NCBI GenBank assembly: GCA_963664395.2
Contig: OY761159.2
Span: 2,592,001-2,656,000 of the forward strand
Source: Candidatus Binatia bacterium
GTDB taxonomy: Bacteria > Desulfobacterota > Binatia > Bin18
Direction: 5' to 3'
DNA length: 64,000 nucleotides
The translations under genes and the position numbers were made by a program. This document shows, in pieces, positions 18,271 to 28,737 of this stretch. Every line of letters begins with the position of its first letter. Position 1 is the stretch's first letter. A model generated the notes under the pieces. That model did not search any database, had not been told where the DNA came from, and saw only the letters and a program-made list of their open reading frames with translations.

Positions 18271-20678
18271 TCAGTCACCGGTGAAGTGATAGGTCAATTC
18301 CAGACCGAACACCCGGCCTCTCATCAACGGCGAGAGGGTGCCGGTGGGCAGTTGGATGTCCGTCCCGAACTTCGCGTAGTCCAGCAGGTTTTTGCCGTAC
18401 AGGCCGACCACCCACTGGCTGTTGTCGACATGCATATCCACCCCGGCCTGTAACATCTTCTGCTGCCGGTTGAAGCCGGTGTTGTCGTCGTTGGTATACT
18501 CTTTATCGCGGTAGGCGTAGGTGAAACGCGAAGCGAGCCGAACGCGAGTGCCGACGCGGAGATTGTGGAGCAGGCCCAGGCTATAGGTCCAGTGCGCGGC
18601 CCGCGGCGGTTCGAGGTCCTCGTCCCTACTGTCCAGCTTACCGTCCCGGGTGAGGTCGAACTTGACCTTGGTGTAGTCCGACTCGACGTAGCCGAGCGAG
18701 CCGAGCAAGACCAAGCTTGGGGAGAGGACCACCATCCCCTCCATTTCCAAGCCCCAGAATTCGGCGTCGGCCGTATTCCGAATCACCTGCACGAGGTTCT
18801 GCACCGTCTGTATGGTCGGCCGTCCATCCACAAAGATGATGACAGGCCGACCCGTGATCGGGTCCGGGGCAGGCAGGTTCTCGCCGAAAGTCAGTTCACG
18901 TTGCAGATCGTCGACGAAGTTGTAGAAAAACGACGCGTTCAGGCGGACGCGATCGCCGAAGGTCTTCTTGAAGCCGATCTCGAAATTGTCGATCTGCTCT
19001 TCGTCAAACGCCTCGGTACCAAGATCGCGGGCGACCTTCAGGCCGAGCGCCTCCAGCCCGGCAATCTCCGCGTCCGACAGTCCCTGGGTCAGATCGAAAA
19101 ACGAGTCGCGCAGATTATAGCCGCCGGACCGGAAGCCGCGCGTCCAGTGGGCGTAGATCAGCGTCTCCTCGTCGAGCCGATAGGTCAGCCCGATCTTAGG
19201 CGACAGACTGTTCCAGCTTGCCTCGTCTTTGAAATGGATAGGACAGTCGGGGCCATCCACCATGTGACACTGGATATCCCTAGTTCGGAGGATATTTGTA
19301 ATCTGTGCGGCTTTCTCTTCATGAGTGTGGCGCAGCCCTAGGGTCAGCGTCAGCCGGTCGGTCAGGTCGTAGTCCCCGGCGGCGAATAGCCCGAACGTCT
19401 CGACGTTATAGATACCGCCGCCGTTGAATTCTAAGATGTCGCCACTGGCGTCACCGAACAACCGCTGTTCGTGATAGTAGAGATCGTTCTGAAAATAGTA
19501 GAAGCCGGTCGTCAGGAAGAGCCGGTCGAAGAACATCCCGCTGTAGCGCAGCTCGTTGCTGAACTGCTCCGCGGCTTGTGCGCCGCCTCCATGGAAAAAG
19601 GTCAGCGGCGTCGCGTCGGTATCGCTCAGACCATCGCCCATCCCCTCGCGCCAGCCGAAGATATTGGTAATTGTGCCGTTACCGAATGGGATGTCCCAAT
19701 CCGCCCTGGCGTTGAAGAAGTTGATATAAGTCTTCAGGAAGCCCTCTTCGTTGACGGCGAAGTCGTGGCTGTCGCGCTTGAAGTTGAACAGAGGATGGGA
19801 CAGGCCGGCACCGTTAGTATGCGTCTGAGCCGCGGGTCCGTCGCCGTCGAGATCCTGATATTCATAGCGGAGCGTCAGGCGCAGGCTGTCCGTGGGTTGC
19901 CAGGAGATGACCGGCCGCAGCATCAGCGTGTCCTGCACGCCGAACGCCTTGCCGGTATGCTCATTCTCGAACCAGCCCTGATCCTGATTGGAATACACAG
20001 TGAAGCGTGCGCCCAGGGTATCGGTCAGCGGGGCGTTGAGCGTGCCCGCGACGTAGACGTTGGGCGCTTTGCCACCGCCTTCCACCGCGGTGCGTAGCGT
20101 GGCTTCGTAGCGGTCAGTCGGCGTTCGGGTGTTGAGCAGGACCGCCCCGCCCACGACGTTACGGCCAAACAGGACGCCTGCGGCCCGCGCAGGACCTCGA
20201 CAGCCTCCAGATCGAAGGTGTCGTACAGCATCGACGCATTCGAGCCCATATACACGCCATCGATAAACACGCCGACCGGCGGGTCGATACCCGGAATAGA
20301 GCTGTTGATACCCAAACCACGAATCGAGAAGTTCGCGATGCCGCGAGCCGTACCAACATCGTCCAGGGACACGTTTGGCATGCGTATTGACAGACTGGTC
20401 AGGTCGCGCACCTTGAGCGCGTCAAGCTGTTCGGCGTCGAAGGCGGTGACCGGCAGCGGCACGTCCTGGATCAGTTGCTCCCGCTTTTGGGCGGTCACCA
20501 GGATATCTCTCAGGTGCGTAACCCCTTTCGCCGGGACAGGTTTGTTGAAATCCTGAGCACTTGCCGCCGGCAGCGTGGCGATCCCCAACAGCAGGATGAT
20601 GCTGAGCGCGATCAGACGCCGGCCGACGCGCGTTGCAGTCATGCGATCGTCCGATTGTTTCGGTTGATATTCCGCCAT
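18271..20678 (-). pseudogene. TonB-dependent receptor with a single-base frameshift near 20178
   Basis: ORF 20025-20678 has a signal peptide, VTAQKRE and the plug up to VEVLRGPQ; the expected GVLFGRNVVGGAV continues in the frame of ORF 18271-20154. CAG-GC-GTC is one G short. Restored length is about 802 aa. Confidence 0.85.
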
Positions 20679-20786
20679 TCCGGCAATGGAGTATTCGCTT
20701 TCGAGAGGCCAATCGTCGCGTGCCTTGCGCCTGATGAGCGGCCTAGTATAGCATGCGCCCGAATCTCACAAAGGAGGACAGCATAT

Positions 20787-21671
20787 ATGCAAGTTGGATA
20801 TTTCGCGATTGGCATTGGGCTGGGCGCAGACCCCGAGGTGGTCAGCCTGACGGCGCAAACGGCTGAGCAAGCAGGTTTTCATTCACTCTGGGCGCCCGAA
20901 CACGTAGTGTTGCTCGACCAGTACACCTCAAAATACCCGTATTCAGCCGATGGGCGATTACCCATGCCAACCACGCAGATTGATATTCTTGATCCATTTA
21001 CCGCGCTGACGTATGCCGCCGCGCAAACCACAACGATTCGCCTGGGAACCGGCATTTGCCTGCTGCCCGAGCGCAACCCGGTGGTCACCGCAAAAGAAGT
21101 CGCCAGTTTGGATAAGCTTTCGGGCGGGCGTTTTGATTTCGGTGTCGGCGTGGGCTGGCTGGCTGAAGAGTTCAGCGCGGTGGGCGTCCCCTGGGAACGC
21201 CGGGGGCAACGCACACGTGAATATCTCCAGGTCATGAAAATGCTGTGGACCGAGGAAGAGTCTGAATTCAGCGGTGAATTTTGTAGCTTCCCCAAAGTTC
21301 GTTCGTATCCCAAACCCGTCCAGAGCCCGCATCCGCCGATTATTTTCGGGGGCGAGAGCAAACCCGCGCTGCGGCGCGTCGGGGAGGTCGGAGATGGCTG
21401 GTTTGGGGTGAACGTCACGCCCGAATCAACCAAAGAGCATATCGAGCGGATGAAAGGCTATGCCGAAGCAGCCGGACGTGACTCCAGTCAGTTTCACTAT
21501 TCCGTTTCTACGGGTATTGGCATGCCGATTACAATGGATGAGGTCAAACGGTTCCGCGACCTGGGCGTGCATCAGATCATTGTTGGTGGATTTTCCGAGA
21601 ACGCGGATGCCGTCAAGGGCGATATCGAGAAACTGGCCGAACAGATTGTTGTGCCGGCGGCGGACTTGTAG
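20787..21671 (+). CDS. LLM-class (F420-dependent-type subfamily) oxidoreductase
   Basis: AAGGAGG RBS; GFHSLWAPEHVV, YPYSADG, GRFDFGVGVGWLAEEF, PKPVQSPHPP. Confidence 0.9.
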   Translation: MQVGYFAIGIGLGADPEVVSLTAQTAEQAGFHSLWAPEHVVLLDQYTSKYPYSADGRLPMPTTQIDILDPFTALTYAAAQTTTIRLGTGICLLPERNPVVTAKEVASLDKLSGGRFDFGVGVGWLAEEFSAVGVPWERRGQRTREYLQVMKMLWTEEESEFSGEFCSFPKVRSYPKPVQSPHPPIIFGGESKPALRRVGEVGDGWFGVNVTPESTKEHIERMKGYAEAAGRDSSQFHYSVSTGIGMPITMDEVKRFRDLGVHQIIVGGFSENADAVKGDIEKLAEQIVVPAADL

Positions 21672-21702
21672 CCGGTGGCCTGCCGCGGAGAGGAGAAACA
21701 CT

Positions 21703-22359
21703 GTGAGCCGACTGTACGGTGACCGGCACCGCGCCCTGCAAGACCAGTTTGAAACCCGCAAGCTGGCGGACCGGGTGGAAGAGGCCGTGGTCAAGACCGA
21801 GGTCGGCAAGGGCGACAAAGCCTTTATCGAGTCGCGGGATATGTTTTTCCTCTCAAGCATAGACCATCAGGGCCGGCCCACGGTCTCGTATAAGGGCGGA
21901 GATGCGGGCTTTGTCAAAGTGGTTGACGAGCAGACGGTCGTGTTTCCCAGCTATGACGGCAACGGCATGTTTTTTTCGATGGGCAATATTGCCGGCAACG
22001 CCGAGGTCGGCCTGTTGTTCATCGACTTTGAGACGCCGACCCGGGTCCGCCTGCAGGGCCGGGCCACCGTCTCGGCAGACGATCCGCTGATGGCCGAATA
22101 CCAAGAATCCGAGTTGATCGTTCGGGTGCAGGTGTCTGAAATCTGGACCAACTGTCCCCGCTATGTCCATCGCTACCAGAAAGTTGCCCCGTCCCGGTAC
22201 GTTCCGCGAGCGGCGTGTGCAACTCCGCTCGCAGAATGGAAACGTATCGACATGCTCCAGGACGTGCTGCCGCCGAAAGATCAGGGCCGGACGGAAGAAG
22301 CGGGCGGCACCATATCCATGCAGGAGTGGGCAGAGAGCGCCAAGGCCGGCAAAGGTTAG
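21703..22359 (+). CDS. Pyridoxamine 5'-phosphate oxidase-like FMN-binding protein
   Basis: GAGGAG RBS plus GTG; PTVSYKGG, FPSYDGNGMF, GLLFIDF, NCPRY. Confidence 0.85.
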   Translation: MSRLYGDRHRALQDQFETRKLADRVEEAVVKTEVGKGDKAFIESRDMFFLSSIDHQGRPTVSYKGGDAGFVKVVDEQTVVFPSYDGNGMFFSMGNIAGNAEVGLLFIDFETPTRVRLQGRATVSADDPLMAEYQESELIVRVQVSEIWTNCPRYVHRYQKVAPSRYVPRAACATPLAEWKRIDMLQDVLPPKDQGRTEEAGGTISMQEWAESAKAGKG

Positions 22360-22404
22360 GGCGTTTCACGATACTCTCTAGCTGTGGTGGATGGGGGAGG
22401 CCCG

Positions 22405-22708
22405 AACCCCCCTGAATCCCCTTTGTCAGGGGGACAAAAGCGGCTACTCAGGGGGGTTGGGAGGTCGCCCCCGGCTGAAAGGGCCGAGCGTGTTGCCCGC
22501 GAGGCTTCCGCTTGTGGCTACACAGAATCGGAAAACGCGCTCGGAGGAGGGTCGTCAACCGGGGCACCCTCCGTCATTCCGGCGAAAGCCGGCATCCAGG
22601 TTCCCGGCCTCTGGATGCCGGATCAGTCCGGCATCCAGAGGCCAGGGGGTAGCCTACCCGCCCCGCTCAACTTTGCCTTTGTAGGGGCACCCATGAATTG
22701 CCCCTACA
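22405..22708. repeat. Cluster of three different REP/MITE-like palindromic elements between convergent genes
   Basis: aacccccctga...tcaggggggtt (22405-22458); cgtcattccggcgaaagccggcatccag...ctggatgccggatcagtccggcatccag (22572-22638); tgtaggggca...tgcccctaca (22680-22708). Confidence 0.75.
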
Positions 22709-22720
22709 GCAAGTCAAGCA

Positions 22721-23842
22721 CTACACGCTTGCCGCGGCGAACTCGGCCTGTTCTTTGGGCAACTGAAAGGCCGGGTCGGTCTGAAGCACTGGTAATACTT
22801 TCTCGGCAAAGAGTTGGAAGCTGCGATTCAGTTTCGGAGCCGGCAGGCCGCCGAAAGCGAACGTGCCGACCATGTGGTCGAGCGCGACCGTTTCGTGGAT
22901 ATAGCGAATTTTTTCCAGCACCTGTTCCGGCGTGCCTGCCGCGTGCAGGCTGCGGAAGAACTTGATCGCCTTGACCTTGGCCTGCTCATCCGCATTGAGC
23001 TTGGCGTAGGTTTTTGCCATCTTGCCGTAAAACTCATACCCTTTGACGTTTTTCAGCTTACCCGAAGAAAAGCCGTAGTGGTTTTCGATGGAGTCGAACA
23101 GCGTGCCCATGTAATGCTGAGCCAAATCTTCGGCTTCTTTGGCATCGTCAGAAACCAACACGTTGAAGAGTCCGATAGGCGGGCGAGGTATGATGTTGTT
23201 GGCCTGAGCAGTCTCGCAATAGCGTTGATAATCCGTGGCGGTGTCCTCCCAACTCCGCTGGGCGATAATCAATACCCCAAAGCCCATCTTGGCCATGATG
23301 TCCGCGGACTCCGGGCTGACCGACGAGGCGTAGAAGCGAGTCTCGGGATTGGAGATGGGACGCGGGCGGACTTGAATATCCGGGATCTGATAATACGTGC
23401 CGTCGTACGAAAAGCTTTCCTGGGTCAGGCCCATGCGAATGATGTCGGCGCATTCGACAAAGCGCTCGCGCGACTCGTCCATGGGAATCCGGAAGCCGGC
23501 GTATTCGACTATGGCCGCACCGCGCCCAAAGCCGAAAATAGTCCGTCCGCCTGACACCAAGTCGAGCAGGGCGATTTTCTCGGCTATTTCGACAGGATCG
23601 TGCCAGGGCAACACGATCACCGCGGTGCCGAGTTGAATCTTCTTGGTCCGACCGGCCATATAGGACAACAACTGACACGGGTCAGGCGACATCACATAGC
23701 CGGTGAAATGGTGGTCAAGGCTCCACAGCGAGTCAAAGCCATAGTCTTCCGCTTTATCCGCCAGCGACAGCTCTTCCTGATAGGTTTGCAGGTCCGGCTT
23801 GCCGTCAAAACTGGTCAACTGCATGATCGTCCCGACTTTCAT
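22721..23842 (-). CDS. LLM-class flavin-dependent oxidoreductase
   Basis: GFDSLWSLDHHF, LPWHDPVEIAEKIALLD, GFGRG. Confidence 0.92.
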   Translation of the reverse strand: MKVGTIMQLTSFDGKPDLQTYQEELSLADKAEDYGFDSLWSLDHHFTGYVMSPDPCQLLSYMAGRTKKIQLGTAVIVLPWHDPVEIAEKIALLDLVSGGRTIFGFGRGAAIVEYAGFRIPMDESRERFVECADIIRMGLTQESFSYDGTYYQIPDIQVRPRPISNPETRFYASSVSPESADIMAKMGFGVLIIAQRSWEDTATDYQRYCETAQANNIIPRPPIGLFNVLVSDDAKEAEDLAQHYMGTLFDSIENHYGFSSGKLKNVKGYEFYGKMAKTYAKLNADEQAKVKAIKFFRSLHAAGTPEQVLEKIRYIHETVALDHMVGTFAFGGLPAPKLNRSFQLFAEKVLPVLQTDPAFQLPKEQAEFAAASV

Positions 23843-24089
23843 ACACCCCTCCTTTTTTTCCTGGGTTTTTTCTTGGGTAAAATAAAGCGCCTATTATAGG
23901 AGAGCAAAGTCAATTACACAAACGGTCGAAAGAACGTCCCGTTGCGTCAGCCGGTCCCTCCGCACCCCGCCTCGACTGAGACACGCGAACCGGATACCGG
24001 CACAACTTTGAACCTTATTATCCTTTCTGATATAGCGGCCAGGGCAATATCACACCAAGAACCGCATTTCGGGAAAATATGGAGAACGC

Positions 24090-25244
24090 ATGGCAGACCA
24101 CGATATCAAGAACGCAGTCCGGGACATTGAGTGTCCGGTGTTTGAGAACCCGGCATTCACCACCCCCCCGCCGTTGGAAGAAGCGACGGTGGCCATTGTC
24201 ACCTCGGCGTCGCTGCATCATCCCGACCAGGACGATTTTGCGGCGCGTGACACGAGTTACCGGGCGCTGGACGCTGCCCGGCGGGATTATATTGTCGGCC
24301 ACTGGAGCCCAAACTTCGACAGTTCCGGTGTGGCGGCCGACCTCAACGTTGTCTTCCCCATTGACCGGCTGGATGAACTGGCCGCGCAAGGAACAATCGG
24401 CAAGGTGGCGGACACGCATCTGGCCTATGCCGGCAATCAGTTCGATCTGGCCCAGATTCGGATGGACGGTGGACCGGCAGGCGCCGCCCTGCTCAAGGAA
24501 CAGGGCGTTGACGTTGTGCTGCTGACCCCAGTGTGACCGCTGTGCACGCGTACCGTGTGTACGCTGGCGCATATTTTTGAGGCGGCCGGCATGGCGACGG
24601 TGGCGTTCGGCTCGATCCGTCAACACATGATCGGCACGGCGCCGCCGCGCGGGCTGGCGTGCGACTTTCCGCTGGGCCGGCCCATTGGGAAACCGAATGA
24701 CCCCGCGTTTCAGCATCGCGTTCTGGCGCACGCCTTTTCGATGCTGAAACGGACCGAACCTGGAGTTGAAGACTTTGCCGAGTCCATTTCGGACGAAAAA
24801 ACCGAAGTGCTGGCATGTCCTCTTCCACCACGCCACGACCCGGACGCCCATCCCGCAGTGGATGAAGCGCGCGGTCTGCGGACCGCCTATGAGCGGGCGA
24901 TCAAAAAATATGGCAATCGGGTGGGATCCGGTCGCGCCATCAGCGCGGCCGATGTCCCTTCTGCCCTTGAGGCGTTTATCCGTATTGGCCAGGGAACGCC
25001 GTGGAAGGAAGCCAAGATTCCTGGCGTACCGGCCCGCGTCGCCCAGGACATTCGTGGCTATTATGAGACGGCCGCATTGGCCATTGCCGACCACACGCCG
25101 GCAGCCTGGGCCGGGCTGCGCTGGTTTCGAGACTCCACCCAAGCCGGCAAAGTCATTCGCGCCGCGCAGCAGGCCATGAAAGATGCGGATGTGCGGCGCG
25201 ATCTGTGGTTTTTTCTGCTGCCCATGGACAGCATGCAGAGCTAA
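24090..25244 (+). CDS. PrdB/GrdB-like (D-proline/glycine reductase B family) selenoprotein, 384 aa, Sec at TGA 24534-24536
   Basis: ORFs 24090-24536 and 24555-25244 are in one frame. Read-through gives VDVVLLTPV-U-PLC-TRTVCTLAHIFEAAGMATV, matching the PrdB UxxC region. N-terminal VAIVTSASLH, DLNVVFPIDRLDEL and later PPRGL..FPLGRPIG are family motifs. Confidence 0.85.
24542..24562 (+). promoter_or_regulatory. Candidate bacterial SECIS hairpin downstream of the UGA
   Basis: GUGCACGCG-UAC-CGUGUGUAC forms a 9-bp stem (three G.U pairs) starting 5 nt after the UGA; opening the top pair gives a G-U-containing loop. Confidence 0.5.
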
Positions 25245-25254
25245 GGAGGGAGAT

Positions 25255-25737
25255 ATGGCGTCTTTCTTATCAATGGACGATCCTACATTTTGGAAGCAAT
25301 ACCCGCAGGAACTGAAAGAGCTGGTCGAACTGCCCTTAGACGGGGTGACCGGACTGGCCTATTTCTTACTCGGCGATAGGAAAGACAACCCGCCCACGGT
25401 GGTGACGCTGCGGATGGGCCCGAACTGGACCCTGCCGCGGCACGCCCACGACTGCCATCGGTTTGAGATTGTCGTGCAGGGCACGCTGGACGTGGGTGAG
25501 CGCATCCTCAAGCCCGGTGACGTGATGATGACGGAGCCGGGTGTGGCCTACGGCTCGCATATCGCCGGACCGGAGGGCTGTACCACCTTCGAGATTTTCA
25601 GCAACCATCGGGGGTCCTACGTCACCCTGGTTGATACCCCGCAGGGTCGCATCGAGTGTGATGTCTCCACCCGAGAGGGCATGAAGAAAATGGAACAGGC
25701 CATGCTGCGCGATATGGAGGCCAACGGACAGGCGTAG
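25255..25737 (+). CDS. Cupin-domain protein
   Basis: AAGGAGG RBS; LPRHAHDCHRFEIVVQG...PGDV...PGVAYGSH...EGC. Confidence 0.8.
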   Translation: MASFLSMDDPTFWKQYPQELKELVELPLDGVTGLAYFLLGDRKDNPPTVVTLRMGPNWTLPRHAHDCHRFEIVVQGTLDVGERILKPGDVMMTEPGVAYGSHIAGPEGCTTFEIFSNHRGSYVTLVDTPQGRIECDVSTREGMKKMEQAMLRDMEANGQA

Positions 25738-25776
25738 AAGATACCCCCATCCTTGCAAGTGATAACGACTTAGATT

Positions 25777-25812
25777 CCTTCTCCCTTGAGGGAGAAGGCC
25801 AGGATAAGGGTG
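25777..25812. repeat. REP-like palindrome (CCTTCTCCC..GGGAGAAGG family)
   Basis: ccttctccc-ttga-gggagaagg followed by ccaggataagggtg. Confidence 0.6.
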
Positions 25813-25984
25813 AACCGGAGCAAACCGGTCTCTCAAGTCTTGATCCGACCATCAGTCTGGAGTTTTACGGTCTCTCGTGAAACGTGAAGACGGAGAAATG
25901 GCGCAGCCACGAATGGCGCAATCACGCCGGTTGCCTGGCCCTGCCTTCCGGGGTAAGACCGAGCGATCAAAATAACCGAGAGGT

Positions 25985-26659
25985 ATGATGAGCATGGCAT
26001 CAGACATCACGTTTCACTACTTCCACGGGAGAGGAATCGGAGAGCCGATCCGCCTCCTGTTCACTGTAGGTGAGATAGCGTTCACCGACCGGCGCTATAG
26101 CGTAGACGAATTCGCCAATATGGCGGCGTTCAAAGCCCAGCTCCCGTTCGGACAAATGCCCGCCCTTGAGGTGGACGGCGTATTCCTAGGTCAGACTGAC
26201 AGTATCGCTCGTCTGGCCGCGCGCCTGGCCGGCTTGTATCCGTCGGACCCCATTGAGGCGGCTCGCAGTGATATGATCGTCGTGCATCAAGCCGAAATCC
26301 AGTCAGCCCTGGCCAAGATGAGCTTCGACGGTGTGCCCGGCGCTCCGGGGACGAAAATGGTGCCGCAAGAAGAGCGGCAGAAACGCATCGCCACGTGGGT
26401 TGAGACCACACTGCCGGGAGCCCTGCTGCACCTGGAAAAGCTCTCACAGGAGGGCTGTATGGTGGGCTCACAGCTCTCCTGGGCCGATATTTGCGTCTTC
26501 AATCGGTTGAACCAACTGCTCGACATAGATGCAGACGTGTTGCACGCTGATTTCCCGAAACTCCAGGCGGTGTACGAACGGGTCGATACGTTGCCGCAAA
26601 TCCAGATCTGGATACAGGCGCACCAGGATGACTATCCCAGATTCAGCGCGGGCGGCTAG
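25985..26659 (+). CDS. Glutathione S-transferase, sigma-class-like
   Basis: FHYFHGRGIGEPIRLL, LPFGQMPALEVDG, GQTDSIARLAARLAGLY, VGSQLSWADI. Confidence 0.88.
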   Translation: MMSMASDITFHYFHGRGIGEPIRLLFTVGEIAFTDRRYSVDEFANMAAFKAQLPFGQMPALEVDGVFLGQTDSIARLAARLAGLYPSDPIEAARSDMIVVHQAEIQSALAKMSFDGVPGAPGTKMVPQEERQKRIATWVETTLPGALLHLEKLSQEGCMVGSQLSWADICVFNRLNQLLDIDADVLHADFPKLQAVYERVDTLPQIQIWIQAHQDDYPRFSAGG

Positions 26660-26669
26660 AACAAACGCG

Positions 26670-27971
26670 CTAATGAAAGGGATACGGCAAAAGATGCTCT
26701 TCTGCATTCAGGTCGTGGATTGAAGCACAGCCCAGGAGCCGCAGGGTATCCTCGATTTCTTTTTTCAGGATGGCAAACGCCTTGCGCACCCCCGCTTCTC
26801 CACCCGCCCCAAGACCATACACATACGCCCGTCCGGCCAAGACCGCATTCGCACCGTGGGCTAGGGCAATGACGACATCTGCGCCGGAACGAATGCCGCC
26901 GTCCAGCAGGATTGTCAGCTTGGAGTCCTTGAGCTCGGCCGCGATGTCTTTCAGGACGTATAAGGTGGGGTAGACGCGATCCATCTGGCGGCCGCCGTGG
27001 TTGGAGATGATAATGCCGTCCACGCCATGTTCGACCGCCAGCCGGGCATCTTCGACACACTGCACGCCCTTCACGAGGATAGGCTTGTCCTTCCCCCAGA
27101 TTTCCCGAATCCAGGCCAGATGTTCCCAGGTGACAACCGAAGTGCGCAGTTGAGCCCCAACGTCCGCGTAGGGCATGGGCTGTCCGTCGTTCAGCATGAC
27201 ATTGCGGAATTGCATCATCCCGCCGTCCGCGTAAAAGCTCTTCAGCCAGGAGAGATGGGAGATCATTTGCGGGCCAAATTTCAGTTTCTGGAAGGGCGTG
27301 CCGTTAATCGCCTGTGAGGCACCTAACCACTCGTGCCGGGCGCGATTCCCGGCGACCGCGGTATCAATGGTCAGCACCAGCGCAGAATAGCCGGCATTTT
27401 TCGCCCGTTCGATCCCGCGGGCGGCGACCTCTTTTCCCCCAACGAGATAGAGTTGATACCAACACGGTCCAGGTGAGGCGGCGCTGACTTCTTCCAGGTC
27501 GGTCCCGGTCAGGGTGGACAGTGTGCATATCGTCCCGGCCTCACCGACCGCCTTGGCAGCGACGGCTTCTCCGCGCGGCCAGAGCATGCGGGTGCTGCCT
27601 ATCGGAGCGGCGATAACCGGCAGCGCCAGGGTGTGTCCCAGAATTTCGGTCCGCATCTCTATGGCGTCAAGCCGGACCGCACATCTCGGCTTAAAGCGTT
27701 CTCTTTGAAAGGCTTCGACATTATCTCTGAGCGTGATTTCATTATCGGCCCCACCCCGATAGTACTCTCTCACAATCGGTGGTACGCGCTGCTCCATCAC
27801 CTGCCGCAGATGATCGATGGTGACGCATTTTTCAACCGCTCTGGCCCAGCGCTTCGCACTTCTGGCATGCGCGCGCCGGAGGTAGGGTTGCAGCAGCCGC
27901 AGCCCGGCACTGTGTCCATTGAGAGCAGGCGTGTGCTCAAGATTGCGTTCGAGCGGCTGCGGGTGAGTCAT
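26670..27971 (-). CDS. FMN-dependent alpha-hydroxy-acid oxidase/dehydrogenase (LldD/MdlB-like)
   Basis: GGADNEITL, WYQLY, LTID, ILVKG, SNHGGRQ, DGGIRSGADV. Confidence 0.92.
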   Translation of the reverse strand: MTHPQPLERNLEHTPALNGHSAGLRLLQPYLRRAHARSAKRWARAVEKCVTIDHLRQVMEQRVPPIVREYYRGGADNEITLRDNVEAFQRERFKPRCAVRLDAIEMRTEILGHTLALPVIAAPIGSTRMLWPRGEAVAAKAVGEAGTICTLSTLTGTDLEEVSAASPGPCWYQLYLVGGKEVAARGIERAKNAGYSALVLTIDTAVAGNRARHEWLGASQAINGTPFQKLKFGPQMISHLSWLKSFYADGGMMQFRNVMLNDGQPMPYADVGAQLRTSVVTWEHLAWIREIWGKDKPILVKGVQCVEDARLAVEHGVDGIIISNHGGRQMDRVYPTLYVLKDIAAELKDSKLTILLDGGIRSGADVVIALAHGANAVLAGRAYVYGLGAGGEAGVRKAFAILKKEIEDTLRLLGCASIHDLNAEEHLLPYPFH

Positions 27972-28120
27972 CGCGACGCTGCTCCTATTCCTTAACCTGT
28001 CCGGGGCGGGCGTATCTACTGCGGTTCTTCTGACTTCTGCCGGGAACGCAAATTTTACATGCGTTTATCCCAAAACGCCAATTCTTCCTGTTCTGACTTC
28101 CCTGATAGCCACCCAAGGCC

Positions 28121-28146
28121 GTCGGATGACGCTCCGCTCATCCGAC
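28121..28146. repeat. REP-like palindrome, same family as 30522-30549
   Basis: gtcggatgacgctccgctcatccgac. Confidence 0.65.
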
Positions 28147-28737
28147 CGTGCTCTTAGTAAATTTCCTGCCCAATATCCCTGTTGCCTTGGCCTTTAACCT
28201 CTTTTCCATGGCGTCGAACAGGCGGAGATACCACGCGCGACTGACGCGCGGCACCAGCCAGACGGCGCACCGGACCGCAGCCAGTCTGCTTAAAAAGGGG
28301 CTCTTGGGCGCGGTATCGGGCGCGCCCGTGGCGAGCCCAACTCGAAACTAGGGTACCAGCCAGACCGGAAGAATTGCCCCTTCAGCAACGTACTGGCAGA
28401 CCGGCCGGCGATGTCTCTTAACGGCATCCGTCTTGCCATCAGAAAAAGCGAAAGGCCATGCACGCGCCGCCCCGAAAGCTGAGATGAAAGGGAAGTCCAG
28501 ACGGCGTCGGGTCGGCCCCCGGCGCGTTTTTTATGCGTCTTGATGATTGTACGGGCGCGGGCGCGGGCAGTTTTGGGAGTAGAGCACGCCTTTGAGTAGC
28601 AGCGGACCACAAAACTGTGTTAAGTCTTGCTCCTGTTCCTCATAGACGCGGCAGACTCTCCAGCCGGGAGAATCGGCTGATTGACACGTAAAATCGGAAC
28701 CTATGGTCGCAGTGACGACGGCCTACCTGGCGCGACA

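Noticed and set aside
22405-22708. Possible CRISPR or attC array
   Set aside because: Elements are non-identical, irregularly spaced, with no repeat-spacer periodicity and no cas or integron integrase gene.
22384-22965. 193-aa ORF across the palindrome cluster
   Set aside because: Built from REP sequences (VIPAKAGI is a typical REP translation) and overlaps the LLM gene.
28150-28680. Possible ncRNA, riboswitch or pseudogene in a long intergenic region
   Set aside because: No recognisable RNA motif; short minus-strand frames could be a decayed gene but I cannot assign one.
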